Assembly (NCBI GenBank): GCA_963793265.1
Contig: CAWBZI010000006.1
Span: forward strand, 448,001-512,000
DNA length: 64,000 nt
Reading direction: 5' to 3'
DNA from: an uncultured cyanobacterium
GTDB lineage: Bacteria; Cyanobacteriota; Cyanobacteriia; Phormidesmidales; Phormidesmidaceae
Part shown: piece after piece, positions 9,678 through 17,563 of the stretch
Layout: the number at the start of each line of letters is the position of its first letter
Position numbering within the stretch: the first letter of the stretch is position 1
Translations under genes and position numbers: made by a program
Notes under the pieces: generated by a model
Told to the model about the DNA's origin: nothing
Database searches by the model: none
Seen by the model: only the letters and a program-made list of their open reading frames with translations

Positions 9678-10607
9678 ATGAATCAACTATCGCACGTAGA
9701 GCCCAGAGCCGAAATCAAAGAGGTTAAAGGGGCACAAGGATCGGGAGGGGCTCAGCTCTACTTCAACCATCGCAACGGAAAGCTGTTCCAAGGCGATTCA
9801 GTTAGTTGGTTGTCATCCCTTGAATCTGAATCCGTAAACCTGATTTTTGCTGATCCTCCCTATAACCTTAAGAAAGCTGAGTGGGACAGTTTTGAAAGCC
9901 AAGAAGAATATATTGCTTGGTCAATGAGATGGATAGAGCAGGCCGCAAGGGTTCTTAAAGCTGATGGCACACTCTATATATGTGGCTTCTCTGAAATTCT
10001 GGCAGATATTAAGCATCCTGCAATGAAACTATTTAAGTCTTGTCGGTGGATAGTTTGGCACTACAAAAATAAAGCTAACCTCGGCAGCGATTGGGGGCGA
10101 TCGCACGAAAGCCTACTGCATCTTAGAAAACAGAAGAAAGTCAAGTTGAATATAGACGACGTTCGTATTCCTTACGGTGCACATACTCTGAAATATCCAT
10201 CGCACCCTCAGGCTGAGACAAGTCAGTATAGTAAAGGAAAAAAGCGTAAGAGCGAGTGGATTCCCCATCCAAAAGGTGCGAAGCCTAAAGATGTGATTGA
10301 TGTTCCTACTACCTGTAATGGAATGTATGAATCGACACCCCATCCTACTCAAAAACCCGAGGAGCTAGTAAGAAAGTTTGTACTCGCCTCGTCAAATAAG
10401 GGGGATGTTGTTCTAGATCCATTCTCCGGATCTGGAACGACCCTAGTGGTAGCAGAACAGCTAGGCCGCAAATGGTTAGGCTGTGATCTTGAGGAAGAAT
10501 ACAATGCATGGGCTGTAGGTCGGCTCAAAGAAGTCCGAAAGATGAGTGTTGACGAATGGATTGCTCATGATCGTAAGACATCTGAGCGACGGGAGAAAAT
10601 TCGTTGA
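9678..10607 (+). CDS. DNA N4/N6-methyltransferase, beta class (possibly AvaIII-like)
   Basis: IFADPPYN (motif IV) precedes HPTQKP and VLDPFSGSGTT (motif I). Confidence 0.92.
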   Translation: MNQLSHVEPRAEIKEVKGAQGSGGAQLYFNHRNGKLFQGDSVSWLSSLESESVNLIFADPPYNLKKAEWDSFESQEEYIAWSMRWIEQAARVLKADGTLYICGFSEILADIKHPAMKLFKSCRWIVWHYKNKANLGSDWGRSHESLLHLRKQKKVKLNIDDVRIPYGAHTLKYPSHPQAETSQYSKGKKRKSEWIPHPKGAKPKDVIDVPTTCNGMYESTPHPTQKPEELVRKFVLASSNKGDVVLDPFSGSGTTLVVAEQLGRKWLGCDLEEEYNAWAVGRLKEVRKMSVDEWIAHDRKTSERREKIR

Positions 10608-11506
10608 ATATAGAGGAACTAGCCGTTATCGCTGTCGATAAAGAAAACTTTTTATCCATCGAAAACTTTATTGAGTTTAGCAAGCAGTACCTAGAGTTCT
10701 CAGCAGAAGGTCTACAGGCTGTGATCGTCTCTCAGAACGAAAACCACTACAGGTTTTATCAATACAAGCAAGGAGGTTATTTCAACATTACACGTCCTCT
10801 TAATTCACGTCTGATGTATGACATTAGCGAACAGGAAAAGCTTGATGAGTTCCTACATATCTTGGGCGAGGTTAGGGATATACCTAAAGACGATTCTGAA
10901 AAAAGAGACACTATAGTCCGTGTAATTTACACCTTGCAGCAGTGTATTGGAGCAGCGCTTGACGCCCTTCCTTCAGGTGCATCTAATAGAGCGCGGAAAG
11001 TCAACGGCGATTTGTTTGAGCGCCTTATTCAACTACTAATAAGGCGAGTTGGCATTACGTGTAAGACAGGAACTATAAAAATCCCCGTCGAGGTCGATGG
11101 TGAGATTCAATTTCACATGAACTATCAACACGATCTTTTAATTCACAATAACGAGGAACTGAAGGTCATTGGATCAGTCAAAACATCCAGCAAAGACCGC
11201 ATTGACAAGATATTCTTGGATAAATTTCTATACTCAAAAATAACGGAAACATCTCTACCCCATATTGCTATATTCCTCAACGATGTTCAGAGAAAAAAGA
11301 CGGCTAAGCAAGATAGATACGGCGTAAGTGCCACCTTCTTACCAGGGCACTTCAAAGGATTCACTGTCAAACTTAATCCTCTAGATGGAGTGTATTACTG
11401 TGATATCAGACCGAATATGCGCACAGAGCCGATATTAAAAGATCATATTCGGACAATCGACCACTTCTTTTGTTCTGATTTGTGGGATCTAATTCAAAAC
11501 ACTTAG
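10604..11506 (+). CDS. Putative type II restriction endonuclease (PD-(D/E)xK-like), coupled to the MTase
   Basis: 4-bp overlap with the MTase; GDLFE...QHD...SVKTSSKDR catalytic-like motif; lower GC. Confidence 0.75.
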   Translation: MNIEELAVIAVDKENFLSIENFIEFSKQYLEFSAEGLQAVIVSQNENHYRFYQYKQGGYFNITRPLNSRLMYDISEQEKLDEFLHILGEVRDIPKDDSEKRDTIVRVIYTLQQCIGAALDALPSGASNRARKVNGDLFERLIQLLIRRVGITCKTGTIKIPVEVDGEIQFHMNYQHDLLIHNNEELKVIGSVKTSSKDRIDKIFLDKFLYSKITETSLPHIAIFLNDVQRKKTAKQDRYGVSATFLPGHFKGFTVKLNPLDGVYYCDIRPNMRTEPILKDHIRTIDHFFCSDLWDLIQNT

Positions 11507-11525
11507 CCCTTAAAAACCAGACTAT

Positions 11526-11756
11526 CTACTGAAGCTTCTTCACCCTCCATGCTGTCTCAGCCCCGTTCCTGCCAGCCTTAACGAAATTAAACCCAAGGTT
11601 TTCTTCCTCGCTACTACCCCCCAGTGCCTTTGGAATAATATGCTCAATTTCCAGCGTCCCCCAAACATACCGCTGAAGACTCAAGCAATAGCCACAGCGG
11701 TCACCGGCTTGTTGTCGAATACGAGCTTTGAGTTCGGCAGCAATATAATCGCTCAC
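11526..11756 (-). pseudogene. Truncated HNH endonuclease
   Basis: RCGYC...LEIEHIIPKALGGSSEEENL, then loses the expected second CxxC-N half of the HNH motif. Confidence 0.75.
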
Positions 11757-12145
11757 GAATTCAACGGCTCCATCAGTCCCCTTTTCACCGCCTCGACGAT
11801 GGCTGCAGTTTTGCGTAGCCAGCCCTCGTTATAAATCTGCATCAAGGCTTCTAACGCTTGCCTTTCATCTCCAACCAACGCACACTCACGTTGTTTCTCC
11901 AACAATTCAGAGAGTTGTTGATCCTACGTTTCTGGCAGGGCGGAATTAGCCAAATCAAGAACAGCGTAATCAGACATTTCTGATACAGATGGAAGGGCAT
12001 CAATTTCTTCGCTCAGTGGCGGCAACGAGGAAACAACCGTCTCTGATAAGACGCTCGATAAGTCACGGTTGATAAGACGTGCAAACCGCTCCGCCCTCTG
12101 ATACGTTTCTTCCGGCAGGTCAATTGTGACTTGAATCGTGCTCAT
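11753..12145 (-). pseudogene. Antitoxin-like partner of the HNH gene, interrupted by a premature TAG
   Basis: The frame continues past the TAG at 11924-11926 (PET*DQQLSELLEKQRE...RKTAAIVEAVKRGLMEPLNS*). Its TGA overlaps the HNH GTG start. Confidence 0.75.
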
Positions 12146-12214
12146 AGCAAGCCGCTCATTTATCGAGTGTCCAGTTTGTTTTCAGTTTACCGCAGTGCAC
12201 AGGATCTACTCTAT

Positions 12215-12520
12215 CTACTCTATTCGCTGAGCCACCGTCAAGATCGCCATCACTTCACCCAGCCTACCCGTACTCAGCAGCCGACTCCAATCATTCGGCT
12301 CAGCGTAGCCCAACTGATGCAGCCGCAAAATCGCCGCCTTCACACCCTTAGGCGAGCCAAACACCATATGGCGCACCTGCTCGCGATCGCCACCACCACC
12401 TCCACGCCCCGGATCCAACGGCAGCCCAGCCGATGCCGTCAGCGGTAAAGCCTGCGGTGAAGAGGGTAGAGCACCCGAAACAGTAGACGCATCAGCGCCT
12501 GATAAAGAAAGCGTAGTCAT
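12215..12520 (-). CDS. Small uncharacterised cyanobacterial protein
   Basis: Conserved-looking core REQVRHMVFGSPKGVKAAILRLHQLGYAEPNDWSRLLSTGRLGEVMAILT after a low-complexity N-terminus; ATG at 12520. Confidence 0.7.
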   Translation of the reverse strand: MTTLSLSGADASTVSGALPSSPQALPLTASAGLPLDPGRGGGGGDREQVRHMVFGSPKGVKAAILRLHQLGYAEPNDWSRLLSTGRLGEVMAILTVAQRIE

Positions 12521-12743
12521 GAGATTCTGGCTCCCGAGTATGTTTTGCTTGGAGGAAACCAGAACCCAAAAAACCAAAGCAACGCCACAAAGAGCCGCAA
12601 AGCGCGGGACAAATCGGAGTCGCTAAGGTATCCTGCCCTTAGCTGTCAGACTGGTCGTTTCAGTTTGATAGCTAGCGATTCGGTAGGTGGTGAGACACCT
12701 GCCGGATCGTGCGTCAGTCAGTTGAGTTCTGTAAGAACAGGCA

Positions 12744-12803
12744 TGTGATAGGCATCACACAACCCTAGTAAATGACGATAAACCCTTTCTCGTGTGGCGT
12801 CAA
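12744..12803 (-). promoter_or_regulatory. Putative sigma70 promoter plus a perfect CRP-type box
   Basis: Minus strand TTGACG (12803-12798), 17-bp spacer, TATCGT (12780-12775). TGTGA-TAGGCA-TCACA lies at 12744-12759. Confidence 0.5.
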
Positions 12804-12834
12804 GCAAAAAACTAGCCCTCAAGCACGTCTGAGG

Positions 12835-13251
12835 CTACCGACCGCTCGATTTGTCTGAAGCTGATCGCGTCGGCGCAGCGATATCGCGCGTGTTTTTTTG
12901 AACCGCGATCGCCCCAAACAAGCTCAGCAAAAACGCCATAATATAAAATCCCTTTTCGCTCAACAGCAAATCAGCATTCCACAGGCCCACAAAAAGCAAC
13001 AGCACGCACAAAATCACCGACGCCCAGGCCATCCCATAATAAAGGTCTGTCACCTTAATTCCTTCTTCTTTATCCCGCACGCTCTTTTGCAACGAAACTG
13101 TCGAGAACAAAGCGTACATTAATAGAACAAAATAGAATCCCTTTTCGTTTAGCTGCATTCCGGCATTCCAAAGCCCTGTAAAGAAAGCAACCATACCAGC
13201 CGACAAAGCCACGTACGACGCCCCAATAAAAGCAGGTGTGGGTTTACTCAT
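12835..13251 (-). CDS. yiaA: Inner membrane protein YiaA (YiaAB two-helix repeats)
   Basis: [12 protein letters not shown]...GLWNA...LNEKGFY...QKSVRD, repeated as GLWNA..LSEKGFY..QKNTRD; AGGAG RBS. Confidence 0.9.
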   Translation of the reverse strand: MSKPTPAFIGASYVALSAGMVAFFTGLWNAGMQLNEKGFYFVLLMYALFSTVSLQKSVRDKEEGIKVTDLYYGMAWASVILCVLLLFVGLWNADLLLSEKGFYIMAFLLSLFGAIAVQKNTRDIAAPTRSASDKSSGR

Positions 13252-13584
13252 TAAAATTCTCCTAATATACGGCAAGCTGAAGGACTTATCGACAAAACAA
13301 CATATAAACCGCTCAGCCAAATCCATCTCGCCAGCTTACCCACATTATATTCATCAACCCACACTGATATTTCAGACGCGATCGCCCCCTTCCCTTGTAA
13401 AGTTACATTGCTAAACGTCTGTAAAACAGCAGCACTTTCCGGTATCTCCCCCGTACAAACACAGTTCTTATTCAGCGCAATATTACATTGATTATTTTTG
13501 ATAATTGATGCGGGTAGGCTGTGAAAAAGTTGACGGGTAGGCCCACAGGCCGAACCACAAGCCGCTATATCTTGAGGCGCAACC

Positions 13585-14247
13585 ATGCATTACGAAATCC
13601 GCTATAAGCCAGCCTTTGCCACCCTGTTTTTGACTCTAAAGCCAGGCGAGCGCATCTACGCCGAAGCTGGAGCCATGGCCAGCATGGCCGGACATCTTGC
13701 CATGAAGACCCAGTTTTTTGGTGGCCTCGTCCCCGGCCTACTCAAAGCCTTTCTCGGCGGCGAGTCCTTATTTATCAATCTCTTTTCTAACCCTACAGGC
13801 GAACCCAAAGAGCTAGTCCTCACCCAGTCCAGCGTTGGCGACATCACCACCATTAACCTCAGCGGCAACGAACTTTGCCTGCAGCCCGGCGCTTACATCG
13901 CCCACACGCCCGGCGTAAACGTAAGCCTGCAATGGGCAGGGCTGGCAAGCTGGTTCTCAGGCGAAGGACTCTTCAAGCTCAAGCTCAGCGGCACGGGCAT
14001 GGTCTTTTTTGGCGCGTACGGCGGGCTCTCTGAAGTGATGGTAAAAGACGAATTTACAGTAGATACCGGCCATCTCGTCGCCTACGAGCCCGGCATCAAA
14101 ATGAGCGTTGCCCTATCAGGCGGACTCGTCGGCTCAGTTACCTCGGGCGAAGGCTTTATCAACAAGCTGCAAGGGCGCGGCAAAATCTACCTTCAGTCAC
14201 GCAGCGTTGATGGACTTGCTAGATTTTTACGGCCTCGGCTTCGGTAG
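13585..14247 (+). CDS. TIGR00266/AIM24 family protein (copy 1)
   Basis: AEAGAMASM, GGESLFIN, VDTGHLVA, GEG, YLQSR motifs. Confidence 0.9.
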   Translation: MHYEIRYKPAFATLFLTLKPGERIYAEAGAMASMAGHLAMKTQFFGGLVPGLLKAFLGGESLFINLFSNPTGEPKELVLTQSSVGDITTINLSGNELCLQPGAYIAHTPGVNVSLQWAGLASWFSGEGLFKLKLSGTGMVFFGAYGGLSEVMVKDEFTVDTGHLVAYEPGIKMSVALSGGLVGSVTSGEGFINKLQGRGKIYLQSRSVDGLARFLRPRLR

Positions 14248-14267
14248 TTAATTAAGGAGACACTAAA

Positions 14268-14945
14268 GTGAAAATTGAACTGTTACATCAGCCGGATAGT
14301 GCGATCGCTAAAATCAGCATGAAGCCTCGAGAAGAGATAGTCGCTGAGGCCGGGGCGATGATCGCCATGAGCGCCTACATGAACGTTAGCACCACGCTCA
14401 AACGCGGCAAAGGTGGCGGCGTGATGGGCGGGCTCAAGCGGATGCTGGCCGGAGAATCGCTATTTATGAGCGTGTTTCGGTCGGGCAACAGCGATGCTGA
14501 AATCTATTTGGCCCCTAAGCTTATGGGAGACATTCTTCCCTATCAGCTCACCGGCACCGAACTGGTGGTGCAGTCTACCGGCTACATGGCCAGCACTCCT
14601 GGCGTCACGATTGACTTAGGCTTTACTGGTTTCAAAAGTCTCTTTTCAGGAGAGTCTTTATTTTGGCTGAGCGTCAGCGGCGCAGGCTCGGTATTGCTCA
14701 GCTCATTCGGCAGCATTTACGAAGTGGATGTCGATGGTGAGTATGTTGTCGATACGGGTCATATTGTTGCATTTGAGCGATCGCTAGACTACAAAATCAG
14801 CAAAGGCAACAATAGCTGGGCAGGCGCGTTCTTTGGCGGTGAAGGCTTTGTGTGTAGGTTTCACGGTAAAGGCAAAGTCTTTTGCCAGACGCATAATCCG
14901 GGTGCCTTTGGGCGATTGGTGGGTGGTAAGCTGCCGCCTCGATAG
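14268..14945 (+). CDS. TIGR00266/AIM24 family protein (copy 2)
   Basis: AEAGAMIAM, GESLF, VDTGHIVAF, GGEGF motifs; AGGAG RBS before GTG. Confidence 0.9.
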   Translation: MKIELLHQPDSAIAKISMKPREEIVAEAGAMIAMSAYMNVSTTLKRGKGGGVMGGLKRMLAGESLFMSVFRSGNSDAEIYLAPKLMGDILPYQLTGTELVVQSTGYMASTPGVTIDLGFTGFKSLFSGESLFWLSVSGAGSVLLSSFGSIYEVDVDGEYVVDTGHIVAFERSLDYKISKGNNSWAGAFFGGEGFVCRFHGKGKVFCQTHNPGAFGRLVGGKLPPR

Positions 14946-14975
14946 TAGAGACGGGTTATTAGCCTACACACCGGA

Positions 14976-15015
14976 ACCCATCCCGTCCCTGCGGGCCACC
15001 CCTCCCGAAAGGGGA
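14976..15015. repeat. REP-like double hairpin between AIM24 genes
   Basis: CCCG-N6-CGGG (14982-14995) and CCCCT-N6-AGGGG (14999-15014), resembling cyanobacterial extragenic palindromes. Confidence 0.4.
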
Positions 15016-15077
15016 TTTGCTTCAGGCTGGGGCGTTAGAAGAGATCCTGTTTTGAATTGAGCGGAGACAACTATTTC

Positions 15078-15773
15078 ATGAGTGCTGAAATTAGATACGA
15101 TATTGAACATAAGCCTGCTTATGCTTCGCTGAAGCTGGGGCTAAATGCGAATCAGACTGTAATGGTAGAAGCGGGCGCGATGGCCGCGATGGATAGCTGT
15201 ATTACGATGAGATCTAAGGCCAAAGGTGGCTTTAAGAAAGGGCTGGGTCGCATGTTAGGCGGCGAATCTCTCTTTGTGAGTGAGTTTACAGCCGAAGGGA
15301 AATCTGGCGATATATATGTATCTCCTGGCGTGCCTGGTGACATTCAGCACTACGTTTTAGACGGTTCTACTAACTTGATGGTGCAATCGTCAGGTTTTGT
15401 TGCATCCGGGCCGAATGTGGTGATTGATAGTAAGTTTCAGGGATTCAAAGGTTTCTTTAGCGGTGAGTCACTGTTTTTGCTTAGGGTGACAGGTACAGGA
15501 GACTTTTGGTTTAGCTCATTTGGCGCTGTACTCGAAATTCCGGTAGACGGCCATTATGTGGTGGATACTGGCTACATTGTCGCCTTTGAAGATACGCTTA
15601 ACTACGAAGTTGAAGTGATGGGCGGCCTCTCTTTCAAAAGCCTGAAAACTAGCATTTTGGGCGGTGAGGGATTGGTCACGCGCTTTAGCGGCAAAGGTAA
15701 GCTTTGGGTTCAATCTCGTAACCTGTACTCCTTTGTCAACTTCATCAATCCGTTCCGTCCTGTTAAGAGCTAG
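15078..15773 (+). CDS. TIGR00266/AIM24 family protein (copy 3)
   Basis: VEAGAMAAM, GGESLF, VDTGYIVAF, GGEGL, WVQSR motifs. Confidence 0.9.
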   Translation: MSAEIRYDIEHKPAYASLKLGLNANQTVMVEAGAMAAMDSCITMRSKAKGGFKKGLGRMLGGESLFVSEFTAEGKSGDIYVSPGVPGDIQHYVLDGSTNLMVQSSGFVASGPNVVIDSKFQGFKGFFSGESLFLLRVTGTGDFWFSSFGAVLEIPVDGHYVVDTGYIVAFEDTLNYEVEVMGGLSFKSLKTSILGGEGLVTRFSGKGKLWVQSRNLYSFVNFINPFRPVKS

Positions 15774-15797
15774 CGCTTAGTTGTTGGTTAAAAAAGA

Positions 15798-16646
15798 ATG
15801 GCTATAGAACTTCCCGAAGGTACAGCGGCTTATTCTGAAGATACCCCACCGCCTAAAAACAGCCAGTTGCTCACGCTGCTGGGTTTGTTTTTGTGTGGAC
15901 TTCTTGGCGCGATCACTCTGGCCATCTGGTTCTCTAACGCCCTCGTCTGGTTCATTCCCCCAGCGGTAGAACAGCAGCTAGGGAGAGCCATCGTACCTAT
16001 ATACCAGAGGCAGGCCCAACCTTCAGCTACTCAAGATGAACTCAACCTCTTGCTCGATAGATTAGAGACTGAGCTTCCTGCTGAACAAACCGAAGGGAGA
16101 GACTATCAGGTTTTTTATGTGCCCGAAGATACGGTGAACGCGCTGGCGATTCCGGGCGATCGCATTGTCATCTACAAAGGACTATTGGCCGAAGTAGAGT
16201 CTGAAAACGAGCTAATGATGATCTTAGGTCATGAGCTGGGCCACTTTGCCAATCGCGATCATCTGCGGGGGCTAACCCGGCAGGTGCTGGTTCGGCTGGT
16301 GTTGGCTTCGATGTTAGGAGATGCTGGATCGGTGGGGGCGATCGCAACCAACAGCGCTTCGGCTCTCACCAACGCTCAATTCTCTCAAACCCAAGAAAAA
16401 CAGGCTGATGAAATTGGCCTTCAGCTCCTAAAAGCCACCTACGGCCACGCCGCCGGAGCCACCGACTTCTTCAGCCGCCTGATTACAGAAGACCTACCAG
16501 CCGGGCTATCTATCCTCGCTAGCCACCCGCCCTCAAAAGCTCGCGTAGAAAACATCAAGCGCATCATTGAGAATAAAAACTACCCTATCGAAGGGAAAAC
16601 GGATCTGCCTTCAGCACTAGAGATATCGAAGTCTGACCGTGAGTAG
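15798..16646 (+). CDS. M48 family zinc metallopeptidase
   Basis: VNALAIPG, HELGH (HExxH), EKQAD, SHP motifs; N-terminal TM helix. Confidence 0.92.
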   Translation: MAIELPEGTAAYSEDTPPPKNSQLLTLLGLFLCGLLGAITLAIWFSNALVWFIPPAVEQQLGRAIVPIYQRQAQPSATQDELNLLLDRLETELPAEQTEGRDYQVFYVPEDTVNALAIPGDRIVIYKGLLAEVESENELMMILGHELGHFANRDHLRGLTRQVLVRLVLASMLGDAGSVGAIATNSASALTNAQFSQTQEKQADEIGLQLLKATYGHAAGATDFFSRLITEDLPAGLSILASHPPSKARVENIKRIIENKNYPIEGKTDLPSALEISKSDRE

Positions 16647-16721
16647 GTATAGATTAGAGTCATACAGACTTCACAGGCAAGCTATATTCAAGAGCGTAGT
16701 GATTTTTGAGGTGAGTCAGTT

Positions 16722-17051
16722 ATGTATTCAGTAAACATACAGGAAATTGAGAACACAGATAATCAAAAACTCATCAGTGTCGCGAGTCTTTGGGAAATAG
16801 CTATCAAAGCTAGCATCGGCAAACTAGAGATTGGAATGTCACTGACAGACCTTGTTGAAAAGCAAGTGCTAGGCAATGCATTCGGTATGCTTGCTATTAC
16901 GCCTGAGCATCTTAATGAGCTTGCAACCCTACCTTTCCATCATAAAGATCCGTTTGACCAACTTATTATTGCGCAAAGCATGGCTGAAGATATTTCTGTT
17001 ATCTCTAAAGACAAAGCATTTAGAGACTACACAGCTCAGCTAATCTGGTAA
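16722..17051 (+). pseudogene. N-terminally deleted VapC/PIN toxin (probable antitoxin-toxin deletion fusion)
   Basis: SVASLWEIAIK...HHKDPFD...ISKD present but the N-terminal LLDTH is absent. MYSVNIQE resembles a Phd/YefM antitoxin start. Confidence 0.7.
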
Positions 17052-17111
17052 GAGAAAAATGCTTTGAATCAGCTAAAGCGTACTACGATTTTATCTTCAG
17101 CAATAGAAATT

Positions 17112-17363
17112 CTAAAGGCTAGAAGTCAAAGCTATAGTTCCGAGAGGCTCAAGTGAAACAGACAGTGAAGGCAAAGCAACTAGGCCGAACTCAGCCGGAT
17201 TTTCGCCTTCAAGGTGTAGGCTAACAGCCTCTACAAGATTAGCTGAGACTTCATATAAGGTAAGCCCTTGAGTCGCGACAGAAATCTCTATGCATTCTGC
17301 AATATATCTACTCTCTTCACCCATACGAATAATCGCGTGTATTTTTTGTTGCAAACGAATCAT
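17112..17363 (-). CDS. HicB-family antitoxin, orphan
   Basis: YIAECIEISVATQGLTLYEVSANLVEAVSLHLE pattern; no hicA nearby. Confidence 0.75.
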   Translation of the reverse strand: MIRLQQKIHAIIRMGEESRYIAECIEISVATQGLTLYEVSANLVEAVSLHLEGENPAEFGLVALPSLSVSLEPLGTIALTSSL

Positions 17364-17563
17364 CTTAAAAGGTTACTAAAAGGCTGTAATAATTGCTGTC
17401 TAACACAATTAGATTAGCACTAAGCTCAATATACAAGTAGAAATTTTATCTAATGAGTACGTTTTTAGATGATGTCGAGACTGTAGACGAGCAGTAGAAA
17501 GGCAATTTCTAGAATGTAGCTGATGAAAACGCTAGGATTTAGCAGGCCATCCCACAGGTAGCC

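Noticed and set aside
2131..11506. Possibility that genes flanking the array are novel cas effectors
   Set aside because: The flanking genes have clear non-Cas identities (STAND-WD40, MTase, REase); no RAMP, RuvC, HEPN or Cas1 motifs were seen.
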